Source of the DNA: Antedon mediterranea | Lineage: Eukaryota; Animalia; Echinodermata | Assembly (NCBI RefSeq): GCF_964355755.1 | Contig: NC_092677.1 | Span: 5,726,101 to 5,790,100 of the forward strand | DNA: 64,000 nt | Reading direction: 5' to 3' | Shown here: piece by piece, positions 14,125 through 26,870 of the stretch | Layout of the letters: the number at the start of each line of letters is the position of its first letter | Numbering within the stretch: position 1 is the stretch's first letter | Position numbers and translations under genes: made by a program | The notes under the pieces: generated by a model | What the model saw: only the letters and a program-made list of their open reading frames with translations | What the model was told of the DNA's origin: nothing | Databases searched by the model: none

Positions 14125-17100
14125 TCATGATATATTAATGGATCTCTTTTCTTTAGGAAGATTTTTTTTCTTCTTAATTTCTTTGTTAGAAATCAACTGC
14201 ATTCCAATGGTATAACCCTCTGTTTCTGAACCATAACTGTAAACACACACTATTCCTTCTGCTTCTTCTTTCCCTTCTTTTACACTGTAGTAAGCTAGGT
14301 CAGATTCTTCAGCATTCACTGGACCTAGTGTACATAACTGAGACCAGGATTTACAACCATTTTCACTTAAGTAAATTGAAAGATAGTTATTTGTTTTCTT
14401 TCCATGATTTGCCATTATTGTTGGATGACACCAACCTCCCTTTTTTGGTAAGGATACAATACCACCCTAGATAATAACAAAAAAAGTAATGTAACTATTA
14501 GCTCATATTAAAGGCAAATCAAAATGAAATTAACATACTTTGTTCTATTTTAGTTAACAATTTATCTGAAATTGATTGTTGTGGGCTAAGCTATGCAAAC
14601 ATTGTTTACTAAAGAATAATGACATTTTGAAATCCAGGATCAAATTAGAATTAGTGAATTTGTACTGGCTTATAGGGAATGGGTTTGCTGGGAAATATAT
14701 CTCGGTATATTTATTCAAAAATTCACATTTAAAAGTACATACATGGCCGGACATGGCTGTATGTATTACACATTAATAAAACAATTTTAACTATAGAAAA
14801 CACTATCAACTATATATAAATAATACAAGCAAAAAATAAATTAATTAAAGTTTGTTCAAAAGTTCAACCATAAAAGAAACTGGACTAGTCTGGAAACGTT
14901 TAGTTTTATAACTATAATTTTCCACTCCACAAATGAGGAATTTGCTTGGAGATGAGGGTGCTTGCTGACACCCGAGCTATACACACCCTGCCGATAGGAA
15001 TGCATAGTAGTACAGGTTAAAAATTGAAGGAATGCCATATTGCATAGTACCTGGCATTCAGGAATTGCTTCCTTATCCTTATCATTGACCAAAAACGAGT
15101 CCAATCCTGTATCTCCGGTTACATGTAAACGATGTTGGAAGTCCTCAGATAAACATCTGATGTAAACTTCATTCTTTGCTAATTCAACAACCTAATAAAT
15201 ACAGATTTTAATAATATGACAAAGTGACATTTAGAGTAGTCAAGTAAATGTGCGTTTAACGTGTGTTATATTGATATAACCAACGGCCTCGTAATCTTAC
15301 TTGTAAATGTCCAAATGTAGCATCTAATGTTATAACAGCAGTTTTTATTTTCCAGTTTTCGCCATCATCAGTACTTATCATTACTAATAGTCTTTCTGGA
15401 AAAAAACAACCCGAAATACAAATACCTTTATTTATCATACTTTGTTGACTGCTAATTATTATGTTAATTTAACGTGATACCGATATAAGTGTATCTCTGG
15501 GTGACAATGATGTCTTTTGTTGTGCAAATGAAGTTGTTACAATGATTAAAAGTGGCAGTACAATACAATACAATAATTGTTCTAAAAACCAACAATAAGA
15601 AATTAAAAAAAGGAACATATTGTAGTTGGTAATGTTCTTGTATGAATGTCTCCTCAATACATTATTATGCATACTCTCATTATTCACAGTCTTGCAAACT
15701 GCTGCAACAATCAATTTCCCAGAATGTAAGCGTACACCATTACTAAGGTCTGAAAAACAAAATATATTTTGCTATTAAATATAATATCTGAATTGTCATA
15801 TCATAGTTTGTTGTACAACCACAGTAGAAACATTTCATCGCAAGTTTTATATTTTTAAATGTATACCAGATACCACATGGTATTATAAACTTTCCTTCTC
15901 AATATGTTCTAAAAAGAAAACAAGGCCATATACATGGCTGCAGTCGCGTGCTCAAGTTAGTGTTTACCGACCAACCAACAAACCGACCAACCAACCGATC
16001 AACCAACCAACCGACCGACCTACCGACCAACCGACATAGTGAGCTGTAGAGAGACGTTGCACGCGACTAAAAAGTGTAGATTTAAATTATATTCATGTAT
16101 CATATTAATGGGTTTATAATCAAACAACCAATACGATCCAATTGAAATTATACTTACTTATACTATCCACTTGAAAGTCTGTTAAATCAAGTTGTATGTC
16201 AAATGGTCCTTTCCAATTCTCTCCATTATCATCAGATTTCATCCTTATCATCTTCCTTTCTTTTGTGTTGTTGTTTTGTTCAACACACATTAGAATCACC
16301 TTCCCGTTTTTTGTCACAATTGGTACTATATTCTGAAAGCTGTGTAGTAAATTGTATAAATACTATTATTAAAATCAGTCAAGGTCCAAACACACAATTT
16401 AAAAAAGTTCGGTAGGAAGTTTGGGATGAATGATTGGAATGAGAAATGGATGAGAAATTCTAATTACTGTAATGTAAAGTTACTTAATAATTTGTTTTTT
16501 CGTACACATTTTACTGGCATGCAACCCATGCAGATTAAACTTAAGTCCTGGTAGATAATTCAAACAAACACTCGAGTTCATTCTCCTCTTTCTTTCATAG
16601 GTGGGTATATACACAAGAGGCACTCTACCTCAGTTTCATCTCAATTATTTCCTCTTGCAATTTCTACCTTCTATTTTTGTGCTAGCTAAAATCTTTTGCA
16701 TGTACAAAAATAACTAACAAACACGGTTTTTGCCTCACTGCTTTTATCTGGGAAGCAACTAATACAATATAAAAGTTGCGTTTGACATTTTTTTTTACAT
16801 TCAGATATAAAGTAACCGCATTTCAGAACACGATAAATGTCGTTAGTTCTGTCCGTCATATACCAACTTAAAATGTATTCACATGTAGGCCTAAGTTAAG
16901 TCGGGCCTGGTTAGACTAACTATATATACACATTCCTTGAATTTAATTACCACTGACTATTATCCAGCTACTTTGCCAACATAGCATTTTTTTAATCAAT
17001 GTATTCATATCGCAATTACACACCTTGTATCCGTATATAGAATCAATTTTGGTTTTTGCCATTCAATGACACTGTTCCCATTCAATCTTCCTCTTCTCAT

Positions 17101-17719
17101 TATTACATCCAAATTGTTTTTCTCACAAAAGACAAGAAAATGAGAATTAAAAAATACTACTGCGAGATGTCTATAAAGCAAGAGAAAAACAAACTGTATA
17201 TTAACATCAACAACAACGTTTAAAATGAAGTGATTTTTTTTTACTATTAGCTGACATTGACAAAAAATTATTATATTGTCTAACCTCAACCTTGAAATTA
17301 AAAAAAAATCATTTCAGGTTCATTTTAAGTCGTTCTTTATAATTGTATTTACTTATTGTTTGCCAGTCTAATTGAAATGGTTAAATTTAAATCTAATACA
17401 ATAATGAAAAGGTATTTTGTCTGTTTTATAATATATTTTACAACATTTTATTTTTTTTAAATCAGTGTCCACATGTTTTGTTTGTTTATTTATTTCTGTC
17501 TTATGTCTCAGTATCACAGTACTATACAAAAAGAATCTTTTAAAAAAATGCTAATTTTAAAATAGGTGTACTAAGATAAACAACAAGAACACGATCAAAA
17601 AGATTTACGTATTTCAAACAAGGTTACAGCTACAATTTAGAGAATTTTGAGAAATAGTCACAAAACCTACCTGTATTTCTTAGCTTGTTCTTTATCATCA
17701 GCTGTGGTAAACACGTTCC
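14125..17719 (-). CDS. Sialidase-like (GH33/NEU, Asp-box propeller) domain of copy E, predicted catalytically inactive
   Basis: Open, phase-compatible exons 17719-17671, 17170-17024, 16339-16158, 15749-15675, 15395-15301, 15191-15051, 14466-14125. Motifs in NEU order: VF..YRHL, FLVFCEK..MRRG..W, NIVPIV, SDDNGENW, NGVRLHSGKLIV, STDDGENW, QVVE, ECQGGIVSLP, EESDL. Confidence 0.8.
15920..16072. mobile_element. Short (ACCG/ACCA)n-core element (HINE/DINE-1-like)
   Basis: Same family as 7745-7860, with an expanded tetranucleotide core and gtcgcgtg/cacgcgac inverted repeat. Confidence 0.6.
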
Positions 17720-17973
17720 CTAAAAAACGCCGAAAATATTAAATTGGGACAAAAAATTCACTTAATATTTTATGTGTAATGGTATCTACTGTCAGACAGA
17801 AAATGAATTACTGTGAATATTTTTAGATGATATAAACAATATTTGTCAACATACCACATAGTAAAGTTCAAGCTATCTTATTGGTTAAGTTCATTAGATA
17901 CAGGAATGCTTCGCAGATCATTCAATATTTTAAAATATTGTAGAAAAACAGATAGTATTAAAAATTGACTTAC

Positions 17974-19571
17974 ATTCTACATGCAAGTGGGCTGTTTGTG
18001 CATATATTTTCATAATTTTGCCCTTCATTATGTCTTGTATGGTTTTAAGTTCACATTTGTACTCTCCAGAATCAGTTACTGACACTTCATCAAACTCTAA
18101 GCTTGTTTCATTATGATTATAAGTTGCTTTACATCTTTCTGATATTTTTTCAATCTTCAGTTCAGATTTATCTGAAGAAAATATCAATTTGGGTTTACCA
18201 GCAATCGTCTTGTACCAATTGACCGTTTGTAGTTCTTCCTTGATTTCATACTTGCAAGTTAAAACAGCTTTTTTTCCGTCACTCACAAGACAGTCATTCA
18301 GTTTCATTTCTAAAAGTAGTGAAAACACACATTTTTTATGCTGGTCTTACAGTTTAATTATGAATTGTGAATTTGTAGAAGAGTATGATCTAAACATATA
18401 AATGTCCATCGACTTTTAGAAACCCATCAGTGTGATATGCCTACTGTAGCATATGTTTAGACACGTTTACGTTTATATTTTACAATAATACAGGAAAGTA
18501 ATACTGTACAAATTTAAATTACCTTCAAGAACTGTTAGCTGTGTAGTATCTTTCAGTATGTTTTCACCATCAACTGGCTTCACTTCACATTGATACTTGC
18601 CAACATCAACAAGTTTAACATTCTTTATCTTCAAAGACAGATTTTTTTTGTTTTGGTAACTTGTTACTTCAAATCTAGAATCTTTAGAACAATCCTCAAT
18701 CTCTGTTGTGCCATCTTCCTTAATCTTCTTCCACTTGTAATCTGTAAATTCCATAAATGCTGGTCCATATCTGCACTGCATTTCGAAATTACCGATACCA
18801 TTTTTTGTTGAGTACTTTGGATGTTGTATTTTAATCCCTTCAAATATATGAATTTACATAATTTGAATTACACAATGGTATTGTTGTTTCTTAAAAATGT
18901 AACGATTGCCGTTTATAATTTAAAAAAAAATTACAAATGAAAAGTAAAATTACATCTTTTATTAAATGTTAGCTGTGTAGTATCTTTCAGTATGTTTTCA
19001 CCATCAACTGGCTTCACTTCACATTGATACTTGCCAGAATCACCAAGTACAACATGCTGCATCTTCAAAGACAGAATGCTACTTTGGTAACTTCTTACTT
19101 CAAATCTGCCATCTTTAGAACAATCCTCAATCTCTGTTGTGCCATCCTCTTTAATCTTCTTCCACTTGTAACCTGTTAATGGCATATCTGATGGTCCATA
19201 TCTGCACTTAATTTCAAAATCACCGATACCATGTTCTGTCGAATACTGTGTATTTATCATTTCAACCCCTAAAGACATATACCATTAGGATAGACACACA
19301 ATGTTATGCTTTGGAATTGTCATTTTTGAAGAAATAATAAAGGAAACTTGGTCATCAAACTATATTTAAGTAGCATATTGATTTTGCAGTGATATTTTTA
19401 GTACTATAAATTGATTATTGAAAGAAAATTTAAACTCACAACAAACAGATACTTTGTTGACACCTTGACCCTGCTGTCTACTGCCCTCTATACTGCAGTT
19501 GTACTCTCCTGAATCAGATCTCACGAGATTAAAACATTTTAGGCTGATTCTTCCTCTACCACTTGTAACCA
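17974..19571 (-). CDS. Ig-domain exon array of copy E (half-domain + three V/I-type Ig) upstream of the pseudo-sialidase
   Basis: Phase 1-1 exons 19571-19440 (VTSGRGRISL..DSGEYNC), 19268-18954, 18837-18523 (tandem near-duplicates, C..W..DxGKYQC) and 18309-17974 (VLTC..WYK..DSGEYKC). In frame with the exon at 17719. Confidence 0.85.
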
Positions 19572-20299
19572 CTGAAAACAAATTAAATGCAGACGTGTAA
19601 TGTGCTCTTTAATATTTTCGTTAATTTTGTTCACCATTAATTTGCTTTTTTGTTTCGTTTGCTGTTTCCTAAAGAAACAAATCATATGAAGTTTAAAGAC
19701 ATTTAGTATATTACTACAATCACAACTCATTATCTTTAAATAATATAGAGCAAAACTTACTCCAGATAATTAGAGCAAAGTCGTAATTCAACGTTTTGAT
19801 CTTTTATTGGCTCATCCGGAATTTGGAATAAATTATTTAACAAATTAAATGGCTCAGTAGAAAGTGTTGATGTTTCACATACCAACTAAATCCACTCTTA
19901 ATGAGTAGTATACACAAATTTCGTTAACCCAAAACTAATTTCCTCTTTTTCTAAGTTTTTAAAAAGCATTCTGAAATCATACATTTTAGGTTGGTATTCA
20001 TAAGTATACAATAGTGTTTCAAAATTAATAATACTAATTTTAACTTCTTTAGCTCAAAACTATTGATATTGTTTTGCATATTAATCAATCATTCAATCAA
20101 CCAATTAAAAAAGTAAATTTGAAGTACACACAAATTATTATTTTATCTACAATACAACGCAACAATTAAAAAATAGCTACAGCAATTAATATTATACAGT
20201 TGAAAATAAATGTAATTGATCATTATTATATAGTTTAAATTAAATTTAAATTAATCATGAAAAACAAAACATTCAATTTATAACTGAAATAATCTCTTC

Positions 20300-23200
20300 T
20301 TGAAATCAAAATCTCACATCCATATATGGTGTTTTTTCTTCATTACTTAATTTGTCTTAATTTACTTGGTTGTAAATCCAGATCTGCATATTTAATCTCC
20401 ATTTTCTATAGAATAAATTATCATAAAAATAATCAAGAAAGAAGAAACTGGAATGTTCAGTTTTTAAAGGGGTAATTTATTTTTTGTCAGCAAATAGTTG
20501 AATTTCGGAATGGAAACAACTTCTGCCAACACAATGTTATTACATCCGTGTTTGCAATCTTAATTTGTTAGTTAAATATTTTGCCAATAACATGTAATTC
20601 AAAAATTATAACTACCATGTATATTTCTTCATCAATTTTAATCTTTGGTATTCCTATATAAGTCAATCAATTAAACCTAATCAACATTATTAAATATATG
20701 TAATAAATCATCAATATTTATGAGAGAGATTAAACGTGCAAATGAAAGATGAGGATATTGATAGAATCAGATGGCATGTTAAGTAACTATTAGTACGGTA
20801 AATAATGAACTTCAAATAGTGTTCTGACAATTAACAAAATTGCACCTTTCATTACTATTGTAATGTAACTAACCTGTCAATATCAACTTAAAAAACATTA
20901 AATTGTATATCTAAAGAAATATATTTATTCATTCATTTCATTTCATTCATAATGGTATATTTATTAAAATCGTCTTCACAGAAAATCTGAATTGTGACAA
21001 TTTTTTACATTATTAAAAGGTATATTTAAAATGTTTTAAAAAGATAGCATAAAATAACATCAAAAATTGAGAACCACACAATCCATCATATAAAAACATT
21101 AAAATAAACGAGCACAACATCAAAACAAGTAAAAATCTAAATATCCACCTGTACCTTTCTTGACAAGCCTTCCCTGGGATACTTCCATGGTGTATGTTGT
21201 GTTTGTATTTTACTAATCTTTCCGGGGGTACTGGCTTGTGATATTAGGATCAACATATTGAAGCTCTTTCTATAAATTATCATAAGCTAATCAATACATA
21301 TTCGAAAAAAAAAACATTCATTAAATTCTAATTAAAATCAAAACAATCTTATCAAAATAAGCTTGAGACAAAATTAATACCACACGTAAGGCCAACATGG
21401 TGAAAGAAGAAGAAAATAAAAGGGCCCAAATTGGCGCTTCTTTCTTTGTCTTATAACAAACTCGTATTAGAAACAAAACGGAGGTTTAGATAAAAACAGT
21501 TGAACAAGTAACATAATCTTTTAAAAGCTATGGCGGACATCAATACTATTTCTTCTATTTCGATTTTAATAAAAGTAATTAGTAAATTAAAAGCATTTCA
21601 TTTTTTTTAAACATTTTTTATTGTTATAATAGATAAATGATATCACCAATGGATTTTCTGCCACGCAACTTTAGCATAAATGACAGGTTATTTCGTAACA
21701 AATGGCATATAAGAAACACGCTTTATACTTGCATAACTTATTTCCTTCTGTGAAAATATTTTAAATACTTTTACTTGTATGGCTTGTTGTTAAAAAAAAT
21801 ATTTCCTTCTAGAATTAATCCTCCTTCCATTTTTAAAAATGTAAGTGAAATATCTCGGTTTCAATTATTTGTTCACCTTCTTTTAAAAAAAAGTACTAGT
21901 TACTGTTATTAACATCTTTTTAGTTTTTGAAGCTTTTTGAATAAAAAAAACTTACTGTAGTACTGATGCTGAAGTCCTTGTTAATTAAACAAGGAACATA
22001 GATAATGTATTACATCATCTAAATTAGTTGCTCGAAAAACCTTTTTGAAATTGTAATGAACTAGACATTTCAAACAACAAACACATGTCTACAATAAAAT
22101 GCATTGTTCATATGACTTTTCGGTGGATCAATAGCATTTTATTACAATAATAAAATACATGGAATTAAATTTGAAAAAAAAAGTATTATGGAATCAGATT
22201 TTTAAAATAAATATTTTGATAAAATAAATAGTTTATTTATAAACCCGCTTACCTTTAATTAATAAGTTTAAATGAATATGAATGCTTAGAAAAATATGAA
22301 AGTAAATAATATTTAAACTAAATACATTTTATTTATATGTTATAGTTAAACATTTGTGATAATTGTTTGTTTGTTTCATCATTATTCTATGGATTGATTA
22401 TTTCACAATGCGTTGATTGATTGATTGATTGATTAAATAAGCGATCTGAGAGTAAATGCAAGACTGTTTAAAAACAGTCGACTCTGTAAAAACTGAAACT
22501 TAGCTTTTTGAAATGCTTTTCAGTAAGTAACAAATTTGCCCATTTCTTAACCAGCAGTTTAATAAAGACAATAATAGTTTACCTTTTTCTTCAGTTGTAT
22601 TGTTGACATTCCCATCAGATGTCTGTTGATGTTCTGATACAAGTTGACTATATTCCGTATTATCAGGGCTTGTCTTTGAAAAAAGAAACATTTTATATTA
22701 AAGAATATTTCAAATAATTTACACAATATACCTAGTGTAAGTCCATCATAACAGTACATGAAGATATAAATGAATGATAAGCATTGACCTTTTAATCATT
22801 TAGATTAAACGGATATTTAGAGTTTTCCATCCAAGTTAAAACTATATATGAAGCCACATAACTGTTTAGAAAGAACAATATATACATACTGCCAATAACA
22901 AATAAATTTGGTTTTGTCAGTCGTATTTAAAAAAATACATACAGTGTTATATAGAGTGAAATGCTTGAAAATGATGATCTATGAAACCAAACCGAAAGAC
23001 ACATTAATTGGGTCTTATTTGTTTTGGAGTTTTCTTTATCATTCTGTTGTCTTTTATAATTTAAATCATGAAGAGAAATGGTGGTAATGAAATACATTCT
23101 CATCATAGCAAACCTGGTCTCCAGACCTATTATCAGTTGATGCAGCCTGGTTAGGTGAACTTGAGTGAACAGGGACCTCTGCATCATCAGAACCTTCTCT

Positions 23201-24656
23201 TCCATTGACCATCATTTGATACTCTTCACCACATCTATTTGTATTATCACTGCCGTAGTTAACAAAATAACAATTATTAAATCCTAAAGTTGTTTTGTCC
23301 CCACAAACATAAAAAAGGCAGATTAATAAAATCAGACTTTGAACAGGTCATTTTGCAGCTATGATAAAATAATTCAAATTTATAGAAAAAAGACAGCAAG
23401 AAAAATGTTTTCATTAATAAAAAAAAAGTACAAAATAAACGGTTGAATTTAACCAACCATTTTTTGCTTTAAATGACAGTTTTTTAAAGGGAATATATTT
23501 TCAATCCAATTTTTTGTAAAGTAAAGCATCTTTAAAGTGTTGCTACAATATCAACATCGCCACTTCAAACACCACCACCTCAGTAACTCAATAGCAAAGT
23601 TTTTAACCATGTCCATCAAGATGTGTTAATAAAAAGCTTTTGTAATTGTGTTCAAATATAATAATAAATCAAGCATAGTAATGTTGCAGACTAAACTCAC
23701 CTGTATTTCTTTTTATCTTTATTACTGTAATCAACTATTAAACAAAAACAATAACAAAGATTCATCTTATGAACAAGTAATTGATATTGAATCTGACACT
23801 TGAGGCATGATTTACATGCAATTCTGTACTCTGCATGCAAAATTCACTCCCATTAGGTAAAAAAGTGCAATCTGTATTTCAAAATATACTTACCATTGGA
23901 AAAAAATAACATAAACGGTTAATGAAGGCTCTTGTTGGAAACAAGCTTTGGGCTTATAACCTTTGTGTGAATGAGCTAACAATGTTTCTTTACCCCTTTA
24001 CAATTATTATTAAGCCAATGATCTACCGTACTCAATAATGAAAAAAAAAAACACATAATTACTTACAAGATTTGTTACAGTAATCAAAACAACAAAATCC
24101 ACAAAAGTAAGCACAGCAATAACAGACAAACTGACAGACTGTTTTACAACTACTGAATTGCTTTTGATTTGAACTAAGCACTTTGTCTTCTTTTTTTACT
24201 TCAAAAGTCTTGAACCTTGCAATACTTGGACGGTATCTAAAACTCATCACAACTGGTTCACCACCTTCAACTGTCACTGTATCAATATCTTTATTGCTCC
24301 AATCAATATTCTTGCAATACATGAAATCTAAAAATCAAAGAAATTATTATGGTAAAACTAATATTGTTTTCATATTTAAATCCCGAAAATGTTATTTTCA
24401 TGAAATATTCAATAAAACATTCAGAAAACGGAAAATCAGAAAATACAAATGTTTGAAAACATTACATAGAACATAATAGTATAAAATAGAATCCTTTTAT
24501 TAATAATATGACATGTAAAATATAAAGGAACTATTAACTGATTACATCAATTAGCTTTCTTGTAGGTGTCAATTTTTTACTTACAAACAAGAAGCAGTAA
24601 CCATAAGAACAAACCAACAATCAAAACAATCAGGATGATGTACAATAAACCTGAAC
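20300..24656 (-). pseudogene. TM and cytoplasmic-tail exons of receptor copy E (ectodomain missing, ITIM exons damaged)
   Basis: TM 24656-24585 and exons 24327-24067, 23734-23701, 23249-23114, 22673-22583 are open. The ITIM exon starting at 21747 has TAA between ISYASI and VIYAKV. Exons 21269-21155 and from 20405 downward are frameshifted relative to 48472-49178. Confidence 0.75.
23286..23531. mobile_element. Degenerate MITE of the same family as 54705-55031
   Basis: Starts aagttgttttgtcccc, shares the internal aaatcagactttgaa..ttttgcag block, and ends catctttaa. Confidence 0.5.
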
Positions 24657-25179
24657 CTGAAAAAAAGAAAAAATACAGTGAAAAACAAATGGATACAGAA
24701 TAGTATTACAACTATATATTTTACAGATATTTGAACTACCATTATACTCTGAACATTGAGTACAAGTAAGTTTAAGAGTCTGGGCAGAAAACATATTTGT
24801 TTACATATTTCAATTTGTATTGGCCACTTTTGTGTAAAGTAAATCAAGGAAGAAAAAATTAATACTAATGCATTATGCATCTAATTACGCAGTAATACTT
24901 TGCTATTTAAACAAAATGAAGGTAACGTTATAAACACAAATTATAAGATTCCTGTACATAATATTGCTGAAGGTTAAAAAAGGTAACAGAACATGTTCAT
25001 GTGTTCGATAAAGAACATAAGTTTAACGTGTGTGGCTTCTTGTGGAACATGGTATGCACTTCACTATAAATACTGTACTACGCTAGAGGTTATTATCCAC
25101 ATTTGTTTAGGTGTATAATAAAGTCAATTAAATAATGGAAAGTAACATTTAAACTATAATATTGCCTATATATTATATA

Positions 25180-25485
25180 TATAAATTCGATAAATCGCGC
25201 GTTACTTGATGGTATATAGTTGGTTCATACTTTCAGTACTGATTTTAACCATCTGATAATTAGTTATTGACGATTAAAACAAAATTAGGTTCAACGATTT
25301 GCCCCAAATGGGGGTGTTTTCCTAAAGTGGTATACACTGTCTAATGGATGTCGATGGTGAAAAATAGCCGCACACAATAATACGAGGATGTTTTGCATTT
25401 AACCTATCTTCTTCTACGATAATTGTTTTTCAATAGCTGAAAACCAATTAAGAGCTCGAGTACAGCATCATAATGTTAAAGACGT
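25180..25485 (+). mobile_element. Helitron-like H1 5' fragment
   Basis: Matches 37423-37800 and is truncated at the LTR-like segment. Confidence 0.7.
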
Positions 25486-26870
25486 ATTTGCATTGTGTGT
25501 GGAGTGCCTTGCGTTCACTTTGAAGCTTTATATATGTAAGCAGCACAGAAATTAGACCCCTATAAAAATTAGACCCCTATAAAATGTAGTTCAAAGACCT
25601 GTGGAGTATCACATGACCTCCTTTGCATCTAAGGTTGGGTCTCAGGAATTTGACTTATCATTAAATAGTCAGATACTGAGACACCAACAAGTGCATTTAC
25701 GTCGTGTGTTATTTCACAGGTGAGTACATTTATTTTCATTATTTTAGACTTTTTATACTTTTATGTATAAATGAAATACTTTTGTCTGCTTAGACAAGTA
25801 TTAATTTAATCTTTTATTATCGTTTATAGATGTAGAATAGAATGGTTTAATGTATAACCTGAATTATTATAATAGGATAAATGATTATGATTATTAATTA
25901 TACATATCCTATGATAGGGACTATAATGTATTGTAATTCTCTATGTTAACTAGTAACTTTTGGAACTGTAAACATACATTATTATAATATTATAAGCATA
26001 GGTATATGATAGTCCCATATCCCCCTGCACTGAGTTAGTGACCTTGTTAATAGAGTACAAGGTATACAGGGGTATGCTACTGAAACTGGAATGTTGCTAT
26101 GGTAACAGAGGTCAGTAGGCTGTTTAGGGTATGCGTGTCTCAAGGGTACCATCTATCAGTTAAGTTAAGTTGATTTTTATACTTTAAAGTATAAACCCAG
26201 ATGTAATTTGATTTGAGTTACGATTAAATAGTCAGATACTGAGACACCAACAAGTGCATTTACGTCGTGTGTTATTTCACAGATCATTTTGGGACCCGTA
26301 AAAAATTTGGCGATCCTGCCAGGACCATACAAAGGGCGTGTGGCGCAGTGTGTTGGACGTTGGACTACCGATCGTCAGACCTAGGTTCAAATCCAACTCT
26401 CGCCGCATTGCTTGTATCCGTAGGCAAGATACTTTACTTACGTTGCCTCTCCATCCAGGTGTATAAATGGGTACCCAGTTAGATCTAGACACAACTTTGC
26501 GCTGGTTACCGGCTGCATTATGGGAGTATGTTTCCATACATGTTTGATCCCAAAAAAATACTGGGGTAATAATGCTTGTAAAGCGCCTTACTCATGAAAA
26601 GGGCGCTATATAAATGCGGTATTATTATTATACTTATATTAAAGAAGTTGAGCAAAGAGGTATCACTTTAGAGAATTTAAGTATGGAGCAACAGAACCTG
26701 GCTCAAAAGTTATTCAAGTTAACAAAAGATATCCGGGGGAAACTGTATGATCTGGGAAAGAACCAGCTCCAAGAACTTTGTAACCTTTTAAAGATTGGTG
26801 GAACGGACCAAGAGTTAATCAAGGACAAGGATGAACATGGACTGATAAAGTTCATTGGGAGATATTCCCA
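25486..26870 (+). mobile_element. Truncated LTR-retrotransposon 5' end (LTR part, PBS, gag-like start)
   Basis: tggcgatcctgccagga (26308-26324) looks like a tRNA-Arg(ACG) primer-binding site, just after ggacccgtaaaa. About 58-bp internal direct repeat at 25660 and 26223. Helical gag-like ORF at 26640-26865. Confidence 0.55.
26334..26632 (+). mobile_element. tRNA-derived SINE
   Basis: A box tggcgcagtgtg and B box ggttcaaatcc. Central ggcaag..ccaggtgtataaatgggtacc block. 3' end gtaaagcgcc..ggcgctatataaat..(tat)n. Confidence 0.85.

Noticed and set aside
14125-17719. Assigning a NEU gene symbol or calling an active sialidase
   Set aside because: Catalytic residues appear absent and orthology cannot be established without a phylogeny.
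23815-23871. Extra tail exon (YCTFLPNGSEFCMQSTELH) in E
   Set aside because: The homologous segment in C (about 53080-53140) has in-frame stops, and the flanking exons join in phase without it. It may be a relic.
24581-24880. Listed ORF frame over the TM exon, and shadow ORFs such as 4788-5000, 55750-55962 and 57359-57928
   Set aside because: Alternative-frame or antisense translations of real exons and TE ORFs; splice phase selects a different frame.
26334-26405. tRNA gene
   Set aside because: The tRNA-like head continues into a SINE body and tail, and I could not fold a convincing cloverleaf.
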